From an uncultured Candidatus Saccharibacteria bacterium (GTDB taxonomy: Bacteria; Patescibacteriota; Dojkabacteria; J137): a DNA stretch of 62,161 nucleotides. Shown one piece after another: positions 1 through 9,512 of the stretch. Every line of letters begins with the position of its first letter. The first letter of the stretch is position 1. The notes beneath the pieces are model-generated. The model ran no database searches. It was given only the letters and a program-made list of their open reading frames with translations, and was not told the origin of the DNA. A program made the position numbers and the translations under genes. The DNA is taken from NCBI GenBank assembly GCA_964620955.1, contig CAZUKH010000002.1:78451-140611 (forward strand), written 5' to 3'.

Positions 1-1
1 T

Positions 2-415
2 CACACTGCTGTAGATTTAAAAAAAATTTCCAACAAAAAAGAACGAATTGAAAAAGTGATTTTAGCAGCATGCAAGCAAAGTGGTAGAGTAAGTATACCT
101 ACATTTAACAGCGGAATAGAATTTAGCCAAATTGCCCCACAATCATTTCCAAAAGAAATTACAGTATTTATGACTCTTCCAGGTAACGAAACTACGATTA
201 ACAATGTCATAAAAGATTCACGGCAACTAAACTTACAAAACTATTCTACAATAAATATTATTATTGGACCGGAGGGAGGTTTTTCAAAAAAAGAAATCAA
301 TTATGCTAAAGAAAAAAACTGGGTTTTTGCAAGCTTTTTTGAAAACGTTTTAAGAAGTGAAACAGCGGCTATAGCCACAGTGAGTATAATGATATCTAGT
401 ATCTATTCCCTCTAA
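2..415 (+). CDS. rsmE: 16S rRNA methyltransferase RsmE, C-terminal part (5' end lies outside the window)
   Basis: The frame is open from the window edge. It contains ...IEKVILAACKQSGRVSIP... and IIIGPEGGFSKKE...VLRSETAAIA, typical of the RsmE SPOUT family. Confidence 0.8.
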   Translation, partial: HTAVDLKKISNKKERIEKVILAACKQSGRVSIPTFNSGIEFSQIAPQSFPKEITVFMTLPGNETTINNVIKDSRQLNLQNYSTINIIIGPEGGFSKKEINYAKEKNWVFASFFENVLRSETAAIATVSIMISSIYSL

Positions 416-448
416 AATCTATCAAATCTTTAATTCATTTCGTTCTCT

Positions 449-560
449 AGCCATAGTGTTATCCTGTAGCCATAGTGTCAAGTCTTCGACCATGCTTCGA
501 CAAGCTCAGCATGACAAGACAAGCTCAGCATGACACAGTAGGCTCAGCATGACAAGACAG
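449..560. repeat. Cluster of short direct repeats: agccatagtgt x2, atgcttcgac, and (a/g)gctcagcatgaca x3. Includes the 47-nt unit at 492-538.
   Basis: Read directly. The 47 nt at 492-538 are identical to 867-913. Confidence 0.9.
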
Positions 561-844
561 ATTATAGAAGTAAGAAAAAAAAGCTAAAAAGAAAAAATTG
601 AAGGGATAAGTAAATACTACATGTACTAAAAGGGGGTCTGGGGGTAGGTTATGTTTCATAACAATATAAAGGGTATAACACTAAGCTACCCCCAGGCTTT
701 TGCTACTTTTTGCAAAAAGTAGGGAAAAGGATGATATGTTTAATGAAAAGTTACTGAAAAAAGGAGTATTACACTGATTACAGGTAAAAACAAAAAGTGA
801 AAAGCGAAAAGATAGCAGCAGGCAGAAGACAGAAAACGGTAGGC

Positions 845-916
845 AGTCTTCGACTATGCTTCGACTATGCTTCGACAAGCTCAGCATGACAAGACAAGCT
901 CAGCATGACACAGCAG
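845..916. repeat. Second copy of the repeat cluster: tatgcttcgac x2 and agctcagcatgaca x2. Includes the 47-nt unit at 867-913.
   Basis: Perfect 47-nt direct repeat of 492-538, 375 bp downstream. Confidence 0.9.
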
Positions 917-965
917 ATCTTTTACTTTTAGTTTATAGTTTTTACTTATTTTACGAATTTAGCAA

Positions 966-1036
966 AGCGAAGTACGAGAATCGAACTCGCGTCTCCTGCT
1001 TGGGAAGCAGGCGTACTGCCTCTGTACTAACTTCGC
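966..1036 (-). tRNA. tRNA-Gly (anticodon CCC)
   Basis: The reverse complement GCGAAGTTAGTACAGAGGCAGTACGCCTGCTTCCCAAGCAGGAGACGCGAGTTCGATTCTCGTACTTCGCT folds as a cloverleaf. It has a 7-bp acceptor stem, anticodon stem CCTGC/GCAGG with loop TTCCCAA, and T-loop TTCGATT. No CCA is encoded. Confidence 0.9.
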
Positions 1037-1064
1037 TTAATTGTTTAGAAGATTTTAACACGTA

Positions 1065-1664
1065 TTACAACAACTGCTCTTTTGTTTTTAATTCGAATGC
1101 CCCAATCGCAACAGCCAAAAATCCTGTTATTATTAAAAATGTGAACACATACTCAGCAAGTAAAACAATCCTTTGATCTTCAATGCGCGATGCAGGAATT
1201 AAAATTTTCACATTTTCATCAAAAGTGGAATTAATAATCGAAAGCTCTTCTTCTGACAAAGTACTAAAATCAATTTGGTTTCCTAATACCTCTTCAAGTG
1301 GTTGGTTAAGTTTTTCGAGAATCTTCTCAAAGCCTTCTACATCTTCAATGTTTATTATTCTGCCGTATATACTCAAAACCTGACCATCAAGTGATTTATC
1401 CGACCTTACAATAAGCTTATTTCCATATTCGTTTGTAGAAAAATAATAATTTCCATCAACAGATTTTATTTTGAAAAAAGGACTCGGAGTTGCAGTTATT
1501 GTTGTATAAATATTACCTGTAAAACTAGTGTTTAAATCTTCAATACTTTTTACGCTAATCTCTTTTACACTTAACTGGTTTTGAATCATTCCAAAGTAAA
1601 GAAAAGTAGATACTAACAAAGAAACAGCAATTGATATTGTCAGCTTTGATGTATTTACTAACAT
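1065..1664 (-). CDS. Hypothetical membrane-anchored protein
   Basis: 199-aa ORF with hydrophobic helices at both the N and C termini. It is the last gene of a co-directional four-gene cluster. Confidence 0.6.
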   Translation of the reverse strand: MLVNTSKLTISIAVSLLVSTFLYFGMIQNQLSVKEISVKSIEDLNTSFTGNIYTTITATPSPFFKIKSVDGNYYFSTNEYGNKLIVRSDKSLDGQVLSIYGRIINIEDVEGFEKILEKLNQPLEEVLGNQIDFSTLSEEELSIINSTFDENVKILIPASRIEDQRIVLLAEYVFTFLIITGFLAVAIGAFELKTKEQLL

Positions 1665-1677
1665 AACGTTTACTTAA

Positions 1678-3933
1678 CTAATAAACTACTAATGCCATTC
1701 TGCCAGAATACGACCAAAAAGCATCAAATGTCCACCGATCCATCCAAAATCTACCCAACCATGGGTCTTGAATATAAAAAGCATCAGGATTGTTAGGATT
1801 GCCATGCACACCGGTAACAACAGTACCATGCATTCCGTTAAATGCATAGACATATGTTCCATCCCATGCTGTCCAGCTAATATTCTGACCCCCACCAACT
1901 CCGTTATATCTCCATACAATAACTGGATGACCTTGCACAATAGTATTTGCCATGTCTACAACATTCCATCCTTCTCTCGGCTCAGAATAAACACCCCTTG
2001 CAGACAGAATATTTCTTATTGGAGGCCAATACACACCGTAACCCCAGTCTCCGTCTGCGGTACCAACATATTCTCTGTATGGATTACCTATCCAAGTATC
2101 ACCGATTCGCTGGTCGTTATAGCCTATTTCAGAAATCAGCGAATACGCATCTGCACCTATTCCTTTCCACGCTAAAACCATAATTGCAGTGTAAATATTG
2201 CAAGAAAAACTCGTTTGTTGAAAAAATAAAGGCACTTCAAATGCATAAGAGTTAGGTCTTATTGTAAAACTTATTACTATTGGTGTATCACTATCTAACC
2301 CATAAATACTTTTAATTCCTGCTGCTACGGTTACTGTATAGGTTGTGCCCAATGCAAGAGAAGCATCAGGCTTAAATATCATTCTATTACCATCCCATTT
2401 AAACTGTCCTGTAGCAGCTGGGGCTATACTAAATCGCGATTGGGCATCCGCCTTATCTACTTCCTGATTAAAATCAAAGTAAACTTCAGTAGTTTCATCA
2501 ACATAGGTTGACTTATCTCCTGGCGCAGCTAATAAAATCCATACTCTCCCTATTGTTTTAAACTGATAGCTTAAATCTTTTTCCAGCACTCCACCCTTAC
2601 TGCTTTTTAAGCCAGAAGAAATTGTTAGCTTGTAAACCTTTTCCTTGTCAAATAACTGAGTATTGTTAAATACAAATGTTCTATCATCAACCCATTCAAC
2701 TTCACCATCAATAGCAGGATCGAAAATCAAGTGATCTAATAACATTGCTTTATTAGGAGGCTCTTCAAACTGAACTTTAATTTTTTCATCTACCTTCACG
2801 CTTTCTCCAGTAGGGTAAAACGATTGTACCAGGGGCTCTTTAGGAGTTTTAAAGTTTATTTCATAAACAACAAAATCTTTTGCATAACTGGTTACTTCTC
2901 TTGTAGAAATATTAATAGTTTTTGGCTTTAAGGTTAATGTAAGTTTATATTCTGTAGCCTGTTTTAACATATTAACAGGGGTTATTTTTATGGTTTTAGT
3001 CCCAGTATTTTCTAATATAATTTCTGTTTGAGGAGCAAGCGATGCCTCTAAATCTACGAGCTCTTGATATTCTTGGTCAAAATTTACAATTAAAGAATTT
3101 TCTCTGCTAAAGTTATCTTGACCTTCTAACGGATCTGACGACTCAATTTTTGGAATTGGCGTTGCGAACATTTCAAAACCGTACTCATGTTCAACTGCAT
3201 CTGTAATTTTGTTGATACCTGCAATGTAAGTAATAAACCTGCTGTCGGGGAGAGGTGTTTCTTGTATATAAAACTTTCCGTGTCTTGTAAGTGAACTAAT
3301 TCCAAGATACGAATCCCACTCCCAGGAACCTTTGAGTTCAGGCACTATTGAGGCCTTAAGTTTTTCTACTCTTACTGGAACATTAATTTTTACTTCTACA
3401 GGTGAGTTGTAATTTAAAATTGTTCCACCATTATTAGGAATTGTATACGAAAACTTTGGGTGTTTTTTGTAATAAGCAAAAAATAGTATTGATATTACAG
3501 TTATTAAAATAATTACCCAAACAACTCCAATTCTTTTTGCCTTAAAAATATTAAATGGTTTTCTTTTAATTTTGAAAATTCTTTTTAAAAAATAAATTAA
3601 AAGAACTAATAATCCCAAAACAATTACCGCAAAAACAAATACAAGGTATATATCAAAATCTAGATTTTGAAAAAACTCAATAATCCAAACAATTTGAAAC
3701 TTTTTGGCATAGAGAGTAGCTGCCAAAATTACAGTGAGTATTAAAAAGACATACAGTCTAAAAACTTTAGACTTAAAAAGTTTTCCTGGCCAAAGTTTTT
3801 TAAATAGCCTAGTTAGTTTTTTATTTTTTTTTGCTTTTGGATGCTCAGCAGGTTTGGCACTCACTTCTCTTAATAGTGGTGGTAAATCGTGAATAGTTCC
3901 TTTTTGTGGCTGGCTTGTTAAATCGCTATCCAT
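1678..3933 (-). CDS. Membrane-anchored protein with tandem bacterial Ig-like (SbsA/Big_5-type) repeats and a C-terminal peptidase C39-like domain
   Basis: N-terminal TM helices. Repeated segments such as KVYKLTISSGLKSSKGG and TTYTVTVAAGIKSIYGLDSD. C-terminal FSCNIYTAIMVLAWKG ... GHPVIVW ... GMHGTVVTGVHG resembles a Cys/His papain-like C39_2 domain. Confidence 0.55.
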   Translation of the reverse strand: MDSDLTSQPQKGTIHDLPPLLREVSAKPAEHPKAKKNKKLTRLFKKLWPGKLFKSKVFRLYVFLILTVILAATLYAKKFQIVWIIEFFQNLDFDIYLVFVFAVIVLGLLVLLIYFLKRIFKIKRKPFNIFKAKRIGVVWVIILITVISILFFAYYKKHPKFSYTIPNNGGTILNYNSPVEVKINVPVRVEKLKASIVPELKGSWEWDSYLGISSLTRHGKFYIQETPLPDSRFITYIAGINKITDAVEHEYGFEMFATPIPKIESSDPLEGQDNFSRENSLIVNFDQEYQELVDLEASLAPQTEIILENTGTKTIKITPVNMLKQATEYKLTLTLKPKTINISTREVTSYAKDFVVYEINFKTPKEPLVQSFYPTGESVKVDEKIKVQFEEPPNKAMLLDHLIFDPAIDGEVEWVDDRTFVFNNTQLFDKEKVYKLTISSGLKSSKGGVLEKDLSYQFKTIGRVWILLAAPGDKSTYVDETTEVYFDFNQEVDKADAQSRFSIAPAATGQFKWDGNRMIFKPDASLALGTTYTVTVAAGIKSIYGLDSDTPIVISFTIRPNSYAFEVPLFFQQTSFSCNIYTAIMVLAWKGIGADAYSLISEIGYNDQRIGDTWIGNPYREYVGTADGDWGYGVYWPPIRNILSARGVYSEPREGWNVVDMANTIVQGHPVIVWRYNGVGGGQNISWTAWDGTYVYAFNGMHGTVVTGVHGNPNNPDAFYIQDPWLGRFWMDRWTFDAFWSYSGRMALVVY

Positions 3934-6863
3934 TAAAACAAAGTCATATCAAAATTAAAGTAAATACTTTCTAAAGTTGAATATACTAGTGGCCCTGAAT
4001 CTTTTGCGTAATCATGCATTCCAGTTTGGTCAAACAATCCTCGAATTTTATTAGAGTCGAAGGTTTTAAATTGGTGTGGGTGACTTAAGTATGTTACAAC
4101 CTGTGGTGAATCCATAATCGGTTTGTAGTTTGCCAAAAATCTCTTTACTAGCTCGTTAGCATCAAACCAGTAAGAATCTGCGCCATTATTTGGGAATTCC
4201 CATAAATTAAGTGTTGGTGGCAAAGAAGAATTTATATCATTTATATTTGGTTTATACGGCTTAGTAGTTATTGCCAAGTTCCATGGTATTGGAGTGCTGG
4301 AGCCAACAGATGGATTTAGTAGCCCTGATGTTCTGCCCGATGAATCAACTGAAATACCTGAGTCTTGTAAAGCTTTTAAAACATTAGGCCCAGACATCCA
4401 AGCACCTGATCTAAAAGATACAGGTTGACCAATACCTCTTTCTTTAAACTTTTCTATTGACCACTCAAAAACTTTCATTAAATCTTCGTACGAATACGCT
4501 TGAAGCTTGGTTTCATCGCGTCCTATGCCAACAATTTCAGATCCAGGGACTTTTTCAACTTCTACTTGCGCAAGCAAGTCAGGATACAAATGAATATGTA
4601 GGCCGATTTCCTCACCAAACTCTGCCCTCCTTTGTAGTATCCAGTTTGTGTAATACGTTGCATGATCAGGAGGCACTGGAAAAGGAGAAAACTGGTTTTC
4701 AACATAAATTCTTGGATTGAAATAATGTGTAATTTTTGCTCCGTATTTGTTAACAATATCGGCTATATCTATTAAGTCAACCTGATTAACCCCAAAGCCT
4801 TCCCAGTCTAATGACCAGTTTACAAAAATTGGGTATGAAACAAAGAACCGGTTTTTTTTGCTTTCATATATTTGTATGCCGTTTTTTACTTCAATATCTA
4901 TAGTTTCAATAAAGTATGTACCCACAGGTAAATCTGCCAGAGGAACTGAGTAATTAAACGGTGTACTTGTTTGAAACTCATCAACTAAGCCACTTTTGAG
5001 TTCTTTTCCTGCTTCGTCTGTGATTGCAAATCTAACTTTAGAAAGTGAAGATTTTTCTGACACTAAAGCAAAACTTAAAGTCGAGTCTCGATTATCGTTA
5101 AATCCTTTTAAATGCCACTTTTTAAGCAAATTCAACGAAATTTCTTTAAATTCGGGTTGTGCAAGCTCTACATCAAAAGTACTTGCATAAGATTGTAGGT
5201 CTTCTACAACTTGTTTTTCGGAAGGGTACTGATTACCAAAATAAAAAAAGTATCTTGTGCCTCTACTTTCAGCCAGCTTAAATTTTACAGTAATTTTATC
5301 CGATCCTGGGTTTTCAATTACTGTAGGTATTTCTTTATATTCTTGGTTAAAACTAATAACTCTAATATCTTTACCATCCTGAAATAGTGAATAACCTTTT
5401 GAAATGTATTCTGCATGGTTGATACTAAAAGCTATTGTTTGTCCTGAACTTTGTACCATACCAATCGGTATGATGATTTCTGCACGGCCTAAATACTCGT
5501 CATTCCACCACGATTTGCCTGTGGTATCAAGCACCCTTTCAAAGCTTGATTCTGCCCTTATTTGTAACTGGCTTGTATAGTCACGATTTTGATTATACGC
5601 ATAAGCTATTAACGAAAAGGATAACAGTCCAAGTGTAATTAGTGATAAAGCTTTTTGACTAGAATTGTTTGATAAAAATCTTTTGTTTAATATGTTGGTG
5701 AATTTAACAGCAATACCTGTTGCAACTACAGTTATTAACCAAAATGCGATTATTGAAATGCTTCTGTTAAAATAATATATTGCATAGCCTGCAAGAAAAG
5801 CTTTTGCAAAAAGTATTATTACAATATGCCAAAAGAAGAACAGCATTGAATTTTTACTTATAAACTCAATAACACTTCTAATTATTTTATTTTGTAAAAC
5901 AGGAGTTTTTACTATTCTATCTAGAACTATTAACATTAAGTATGCAGCGGCTATTCCGATAGTAATAAAAACTAACGAAGGAGGAAATCTACCTGTATAA
6001 ACTGAAAAGTTAAGAAAATCGATTTGTTGGTTGAGTTGAAATATAACACTGCCTAGAGCTGCAAAGACTGCTACTGCCATTGTTAAAACCCCTAATTTAA
6101 ACTTGCTGTGAGCCTTATTGGCATACATTCCATAAAGAAGTTTACCTACAAATATCCCTATTAAAAACACCATGAAATACTGCAGCATTGGGAAGGTATG
6201 GGTGTCGGAGTATCCTGCGAAAATTGATTTAAAAGTGTTTGACCTTAAATCTCCAAGATCAATGTTATAGGTAATATATCCCCAAAAATAAAATATGATA
6301 GATAATAATGCTGTTAAGAAAATGCTTTTAGAAACTTTTCTATAAAATCCAGAAAATAATGCTACAGAAAGTGTTAAAAATACAAACGGAATAAGGTACT
6401 CCGTATAGGGTGGTATTCGCTGAAAAAAGAAAATCCTGACTAGATCTCTTATCCACTCTAAACTTGGTGTACCGTAAAATCCAAGGCCGAAAACCCATAA
6501 AGAAAGGCCAGCAGTTAAGTAAAAAGCTACTAAAATTATAAGCGATTTTTTAATAAGTTTGCTTTTTTTAACACTAGTAAAACCTTTTGTTGCTAGGAAG
6601 TTTCCGCTGCCTGAAAGTAGTAAAAACCAGGTAAAGCAAAATGTGCCCCCAGCTAAAGAAATATATTGAATTAAACTATTAGACTTAAAACTAAAAAAAA
6701 TTGCTGTAACGTGGGTAAAAATCATTAATAGTATTGTTGCAGCTTTTAACCAGTCTAAAGACTGGATTCTAATTTTTAAAGGCAAAGACTTTGTAACTTT
6801 TACATAATCTTTTGTAAGCAGTGGTTTTTGTTTAGTCTTTTTCGGACCAGGTGATTTTTTCAT
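3933..6863 (-). CDS. Large fusion membrane protein: N-terminal multi-TM acyltransferase-like (DUF1624/acyltransferase-3-like) domain plus extracytoplasmic polysaccharide-deacetylase-like domain
   Basis: RIQSLDWLKAATILLMIFTHV followed by about 10 TM helices. The C-terminal soluble part carries NWSLDWEGFG, LHIHLYPD and YLSHPHQF, which are metal-hydrolase-like motifs. Its stop/start abuts the downstream gene at 3933. Confidence 0.5.
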   Translation of the reverse strand: MKKSPGPKKTKQKPLLTKDYVKVTKSLPLKIRIQSLDWLKAATILLMIFTHVTAIFFSFKSNSLIQYISLAGGTFCFTWFLLLSGSGNFLATKGFTSVKKSKLIKKSLIILVAFYLTAGLSLWVFGLGFYGTPSLEWIRDLVRIFFFQRIPPYTEYLIPFVFLTLSVALFSGFYRKVSKSIFLTALLSIIFYFWGYITYNIDLGDLRSNTFKSIFAGYSDTHTFPMLQYFMVFLIGIFVGKLLYGMYANKAHSKFKLGVLTMAVAVFAALGSVIFQLNQQIDFLNFSVYTGRFPPSLVFITIGIAAAYLMLIVLDRIVKTPVLQNKIIRSVIEFISKNSMLFFFWHIVIILFAKAFLAGYAIYYFNRSISIIAFWLITVVATGIAVKFTNILNKRFLSNNSSQKALSLITLGLLSFSLIAYAYNQNRDYTSQLQIRAESSFERVLDTTGKSWWNDEYLGRAEIIIPIGMVQSSGQTIAFSINHAEYISKGYSLFQDGKDIRVISFNQEYKEIPTVIENPGSDKITVKFKLAESRGTRYFFYFGNQYPSEKQVVEDLQSYASTFDVELAQPEFKEISLNLLKKWHLKGFNDNRDSTLSFALVSEKSSLSKVRFAITDEAGKELKSGLVDEFQTSTPFNYSVPLADLPVGTYFIETIDIEVKNGIQIYESKKNRFFVSYPIFVNWSLDWEGFGVNQVDLIDIADIVNKYGAKITHYFNPRIYVENQFSPFPVPPDHATYYTNWILQRRAEFGEEIGLHIHLYPDLLAQVEVEKVPGSEIVGIGRDETKLQAYSYEDLMKVFEWSIEKFKERGIGQPVSFRSGAWMSGPNVLKALQDSGISVDSSGRTSGLLNPSVGSSTPIPWNLAITTKPYKPNINDINSSLPPTLNLWEFPNNGADSYWFDANELVKRFLANYKPIMDSPQVVTYLSHPHQFKTFDSNKIRGLFDQTGMHDYAKDSGPLVYSTLESIYFNFDMTLF

Positions 6864-8241
6864 GGTGATTGAGGTTCAAGGCAAGATGTAGTGCTGCATG
6901 AGCATAAGGTAAATACCCAAAAAGCAATAAATTTAAAATATTTATCGGTATCTCAAAAATTACATTTTTAACTAAGCCAATTATAGATATTTTTAGTTCA
7001 GAATAGAAGATCAAAAATAATTTAACAATAATAAGAAGAAAACCAAGAAAAGGAAGGAAACTCAATAATTTGGCAATTACTTCAATTTCTGTTTCTAAAT
7101 GCGCATAAAGTAAAGACGAAACCAATGAAGTAATAAAGCCTACTTTGACAAAAACCATCGACTCTAAAGCTTTAACAATGTCTATCATCTTTATAATTAT
7201 TGGTATGTTTGGGTTTTTAAAGATTGTCTTAAAAGCAATTTTAAGACTAATGACCCCATAACCCCAGCGGTAAAACTGGCTATATTGTGAAGTAAGGTTT
7301 TTAAAAATATTTTTATCGTAAATACCATGGAGAGATACAGAAGTTAAAAGTGGAACATTTCTCCAGTCGGAGTTGTATAGATTGTAAGGACGCCAATAAA
7401 AAGGTGTATCGTCTATGGCGATGGATGTGTCCCAATAACCTGCATTTATTAAAGTAGACAGACTTAAGGAAAAACATGAGAAAGTATACCTAGCTGCCGG
7501 TCTATAGGTGGAAGATGAAAGAATTGAAAGAGTTAGTGAAGTAGAAAGAATTTTTGAAAATAACCTTAATTTTTTAAAATTGTTTTGTACTTTGTACATC
7601 GCTGGCTGGAAAAACCGTTTATCTTTTTTAGGGTGATTAAGCCAAGTGTAGGATAAACAACTAAAGAAGTTTGGGTTAAACACTGTGTCTGCATCAGGAA
7701 TAGTAGCAATTACTCCAGACTGATTACCAGCAAAGAACTTTTTTACTCCTTTTTCGACCGCATGTTTTTTATTTGACGCTGCGCCTTTAACTTCTCCTGG
7801 CAGGTTAGAAGGATGATAAGCGATTGTAAAGTTTATATTTTTAGAAAGCAGGTAACTATTAACTTTCTTGCCAGTAAGTAAATTACAATGGTTATCTTCA
7901 AAAGACACTGATAAAAACAGCTTATTTATTGGATAATCCTGGGTTAGTATTGAGTCTAGTGTTTTTACTAAAACATTGTAAGGCTCTTTATTTACAGCAA
8001 TGGCAATTAGGTGTAAGGGAAGTCTTCCGTTGATTTTTGTTACCCAGTCATTTGATTCGGCTAATATGATTTTTATTAGCCCTAATATTGAAAACAAAAC
8101 ATAGGTTGTGAGTTTATACAGGCTGTATAATGCAATAGTTAAACAAAATACTACAAAAGCAGCTTTATTTGAAAAGTAGAGAAATATTGGAAGAGTTGGT
8201 CCTAAAATATAAACAGATATTGGGATAATACTTATTAGCAT
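6832..8241 (-). CDS. Processive family-2 glycosyltransferase (membrane-embedded synthase type)
   Basis: LTQDYP, IPDADTV (the D,D motif), AIDDT, and QFYRWGYG, which matches the Q-x-x-R-W motif of cellulose/chitin/PNAG-type synthases. TM helices lie at both ends. Confidence 0.75.
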   Translation of the reverse strand: MLISIIPISVYILGPTLPIFLYFSNKAAFVVFCLTIALYSLYKLTTYVLFSILGLIKIILAESNDWVTKINGRLPLHLIAIAVNKEPYNVLVKTLDSILTQDYPINKLFLSVSFEDNHCNLLTGKKVNSYLLSKNINFTIAYHPSNLPGEVKGAASNKKHAVEKGVKKFFAGNQSGVIATIPDADTVFNPNFFSCLSYTWLNHPKKDKRFFQPAMYKVQNNFKKLRLFSKILSTSLTLSILSSSTYRPAARYTFSCFSLSLSTLINAGYWDTSIAIDDTPFYWRPYNLYNSDWRNVPLLTSVSLHGIYDKNIFKNLTSQYSQFYRWGYGVISLKIAFKTIFKNPNIPIIIKMIDIVKALESMVFVKVGFITSLVSSLLYAHLETEIEVIAKLLSFLPFLGFLLIIVKLFLIFYSELKISIIGLVKNVIFEIPINILNLLLFGYLPYAHAALHLALNLNHHEKITWSEKD

Positions 8242-8259
8242 AATTGATTATTATGGATT

Positions 8260-8288
8260 TTGAATAAACAGTCAACGGTTGGTATAAT
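8260..8288 (+). promoter_or_regulatory. Sigma70-like promoter for tRNA-Gly(UCC)
   Basis: TTGAAT (8260-8265), 17-nt spacer, TATAAT (8283-8288), 14 nt upstream of the mature tRNA 5' end. Confidence 0.5.
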
Positions 8289-8302
8289 TGGTGACTAAAT
8301 GT

Positions 8303-8374
8303 GCGGGTATAGTATAGTGGCTATTATGTTGGTTTTCCAAACCAAAGACACGGGTTCGAGCCCCGTTACCCGCT
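8303..8374 (+). tRNA. tRNA-Gly (anticodon UCC)
   Basis: GCGGGTATAGTATAGTGGCTATTATGTTGGTTTTCCAAACCAAAGACACGGGTTCGAGCCCCGTTACCCGCT. Acceptor stem GCGGGTA/TACCCGC, anticodon stem TTGGT/ACCAA with loop TTTCCAA, T-loop TTCGAGC. Confidence 0.9.
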
Positions 8375-8394
8375 TATATCTATAAAATTTTCAA

Positions 8395-8955
8395 ATGGAT
8401 AAAATGTCTAGAACATGGACAAAAAAAGAAATGGGCAAGAGCTTATTTGTCAAACATACTGTCGGTCATCTTGAGGCACTTATGAAACTTGAGGTTGGTG
8501 GTTTACCAAGAATGCTGATCTGTTTTTCACTTGTAGAATTCGGTGGTAGAACTTTTGCTGTTAAAGAAAATAACTACGATCCAAGTGATAAGTACAAAGG
8601 ATTCTTCAGGTTAATGTTTGAAAAGATGAGCGAATCAACTGGAAATATACTGTATTCAGAAGTAAAAGTGGTTGATGCATTATACGATGGGTGGAGGAAT
8701 GGGTTAGCACATCTATTGGTTCCGACAAAAGATTTCTCAATCGGAGATGGGACTGAACAACGCAATAATCATATGAGAAAAAGAGGAAATAAAATAATAA
8801 TTTCAGACAAGCAGTTCACTTGGGATCTTATGCGTACCTTTGATAATTTTATTAAAAATCATGGAGAAGAATCGGTAGAGATATTTGTCGAAGAACATAA
8901 AGAAGATCGCGCTGATTTAAATTATCATGTAAGCAGTTCGAACTTCGGACAGTAG
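8395..8955 (+). CDS. Hypothetical protein (186 aa)
   Basis: Clean ORF just downstream of the tRNA with no recognisable motif. Its last 7 codons (SSSNFGQ*) are duplicated at 9530-9556. Confidence 0.6.
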   Translation: MDKMSRTWTKKEMGKSLFVKHTVGHLEALMKLEVGGLPRMLICFSLVEFGGRTFAVKENNYDPSDKYKGFFRLMFEKMSESTGNILYSEVKVVDALYDGWRNGLAHLLVPTKDFSIGDGTEQRNNHMRKRGNKIIISDKQFTWDLMRTFDNFIKNHGEESVEIFVEEHKEDRADLNYHVSSSNFGQ

Positions 8956-9059
8956 CCCGCTCCACAAAATATCCTTGCCCAACAAAGTAATACGAAGTAC
9001 CTTTAACAGCCCGCTAAAATTATTCAACCATCCGAGATATAATTTCAAATATTATTTTT

Positions 9060-9512
9060 ATGCTGATGATGAAAATATATGTATTGGGTAGCACTGCATT
9101 TATGCATTCAATGGTAGCTGCAAGGGATGAGTTAAAGAAAACTGGATTTGATGGATGGATACACCCAGATTATGATGCATATGTTAGCGGTAATCACCCT
9201 GATCTTTTGCGACATAAAAACCTTAACAAAGGAGAAAAAGCACAAATTAAGAGAGACAGAAACTATTTCAAAGTTCATTATGAAAACATACTCATTAGTG
9301 ATGCCATCTTGATCGTAAATATGAACAAGAAAGGAATTGAGAATTATATTGGTGGCAATGCATTAATTGAAATGGGGCAAGCCTATGTGAATGATAAGAG
9401 AATATTCTTATTAAATTATCTTCCAAAGGAATTACCTTACATTGATGAGATTGAAGCTATGGATCCTATTTGTCTAGGAGGCAATATAGCTAAAATTAAG
9501 GATTATGTTTGA
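9060..9512 (+). CDS. Nucleoside 2-deoxyribosyltransferase-like fold protein
   Basis: KIYVLGS... SDAILIVN ... IGGNALIEMGQAYVNDKRIFLL resembles the NDT/Rossmann-like pattern (iYlAG ... aD.vv ... G...EiGyA...kp). The likely start is the MKIYVLGS Met at 9069. Confidence 0.45.
   Translation: MLMMKIYVLGSTAFMHSMVAARDELKKTGFDGWIHPDYDAYVSGNHPDLLRHKNLNKGEKAQIKRDRNYFKVHYENILISDAILIVNMNKKGIENYIGGNALIEMGQAYVNDKRIFLLNYLPKELPYIDEIEAMDPICLGGNIAKIKDYV

Noticed and set aside
681-1176. Track ORFs 681-887 (-) and 856-1176 (+) as genes
   Set aside because: They merely translate the GCTCAGCATGACA-type repeats, and the second runs across the tRNA-Gly(CCC) gene. There is no coding signal.
1689-2183. ORFs 1689-1940 (-), 1768-2175 (+) and 1947-2183 (+)
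   Set aside because: They are nested within or antisense to the C39-like domain of the well-supported 751-aa gene. The same reasoning applies to other short ORFs nested within or antisense to longer genes: 4457-4720, 4562-4756, 4996-5190, 8574-8765, 17907-18182, 24938-25180, 26058-26306, 29647-29925, 34760-35179, 35316-35504, 36330-36536, 37970-38164, 38307-38534, 41563-41880, 42486-42668, 46323-46553, 47337-47519, 48965-49240, 50160-50833, 52223-52444, 54647-54841, 55112-55408, 57327-57587, 59158-59822, 60100-60288, 60509-60793 and 61189-61413.
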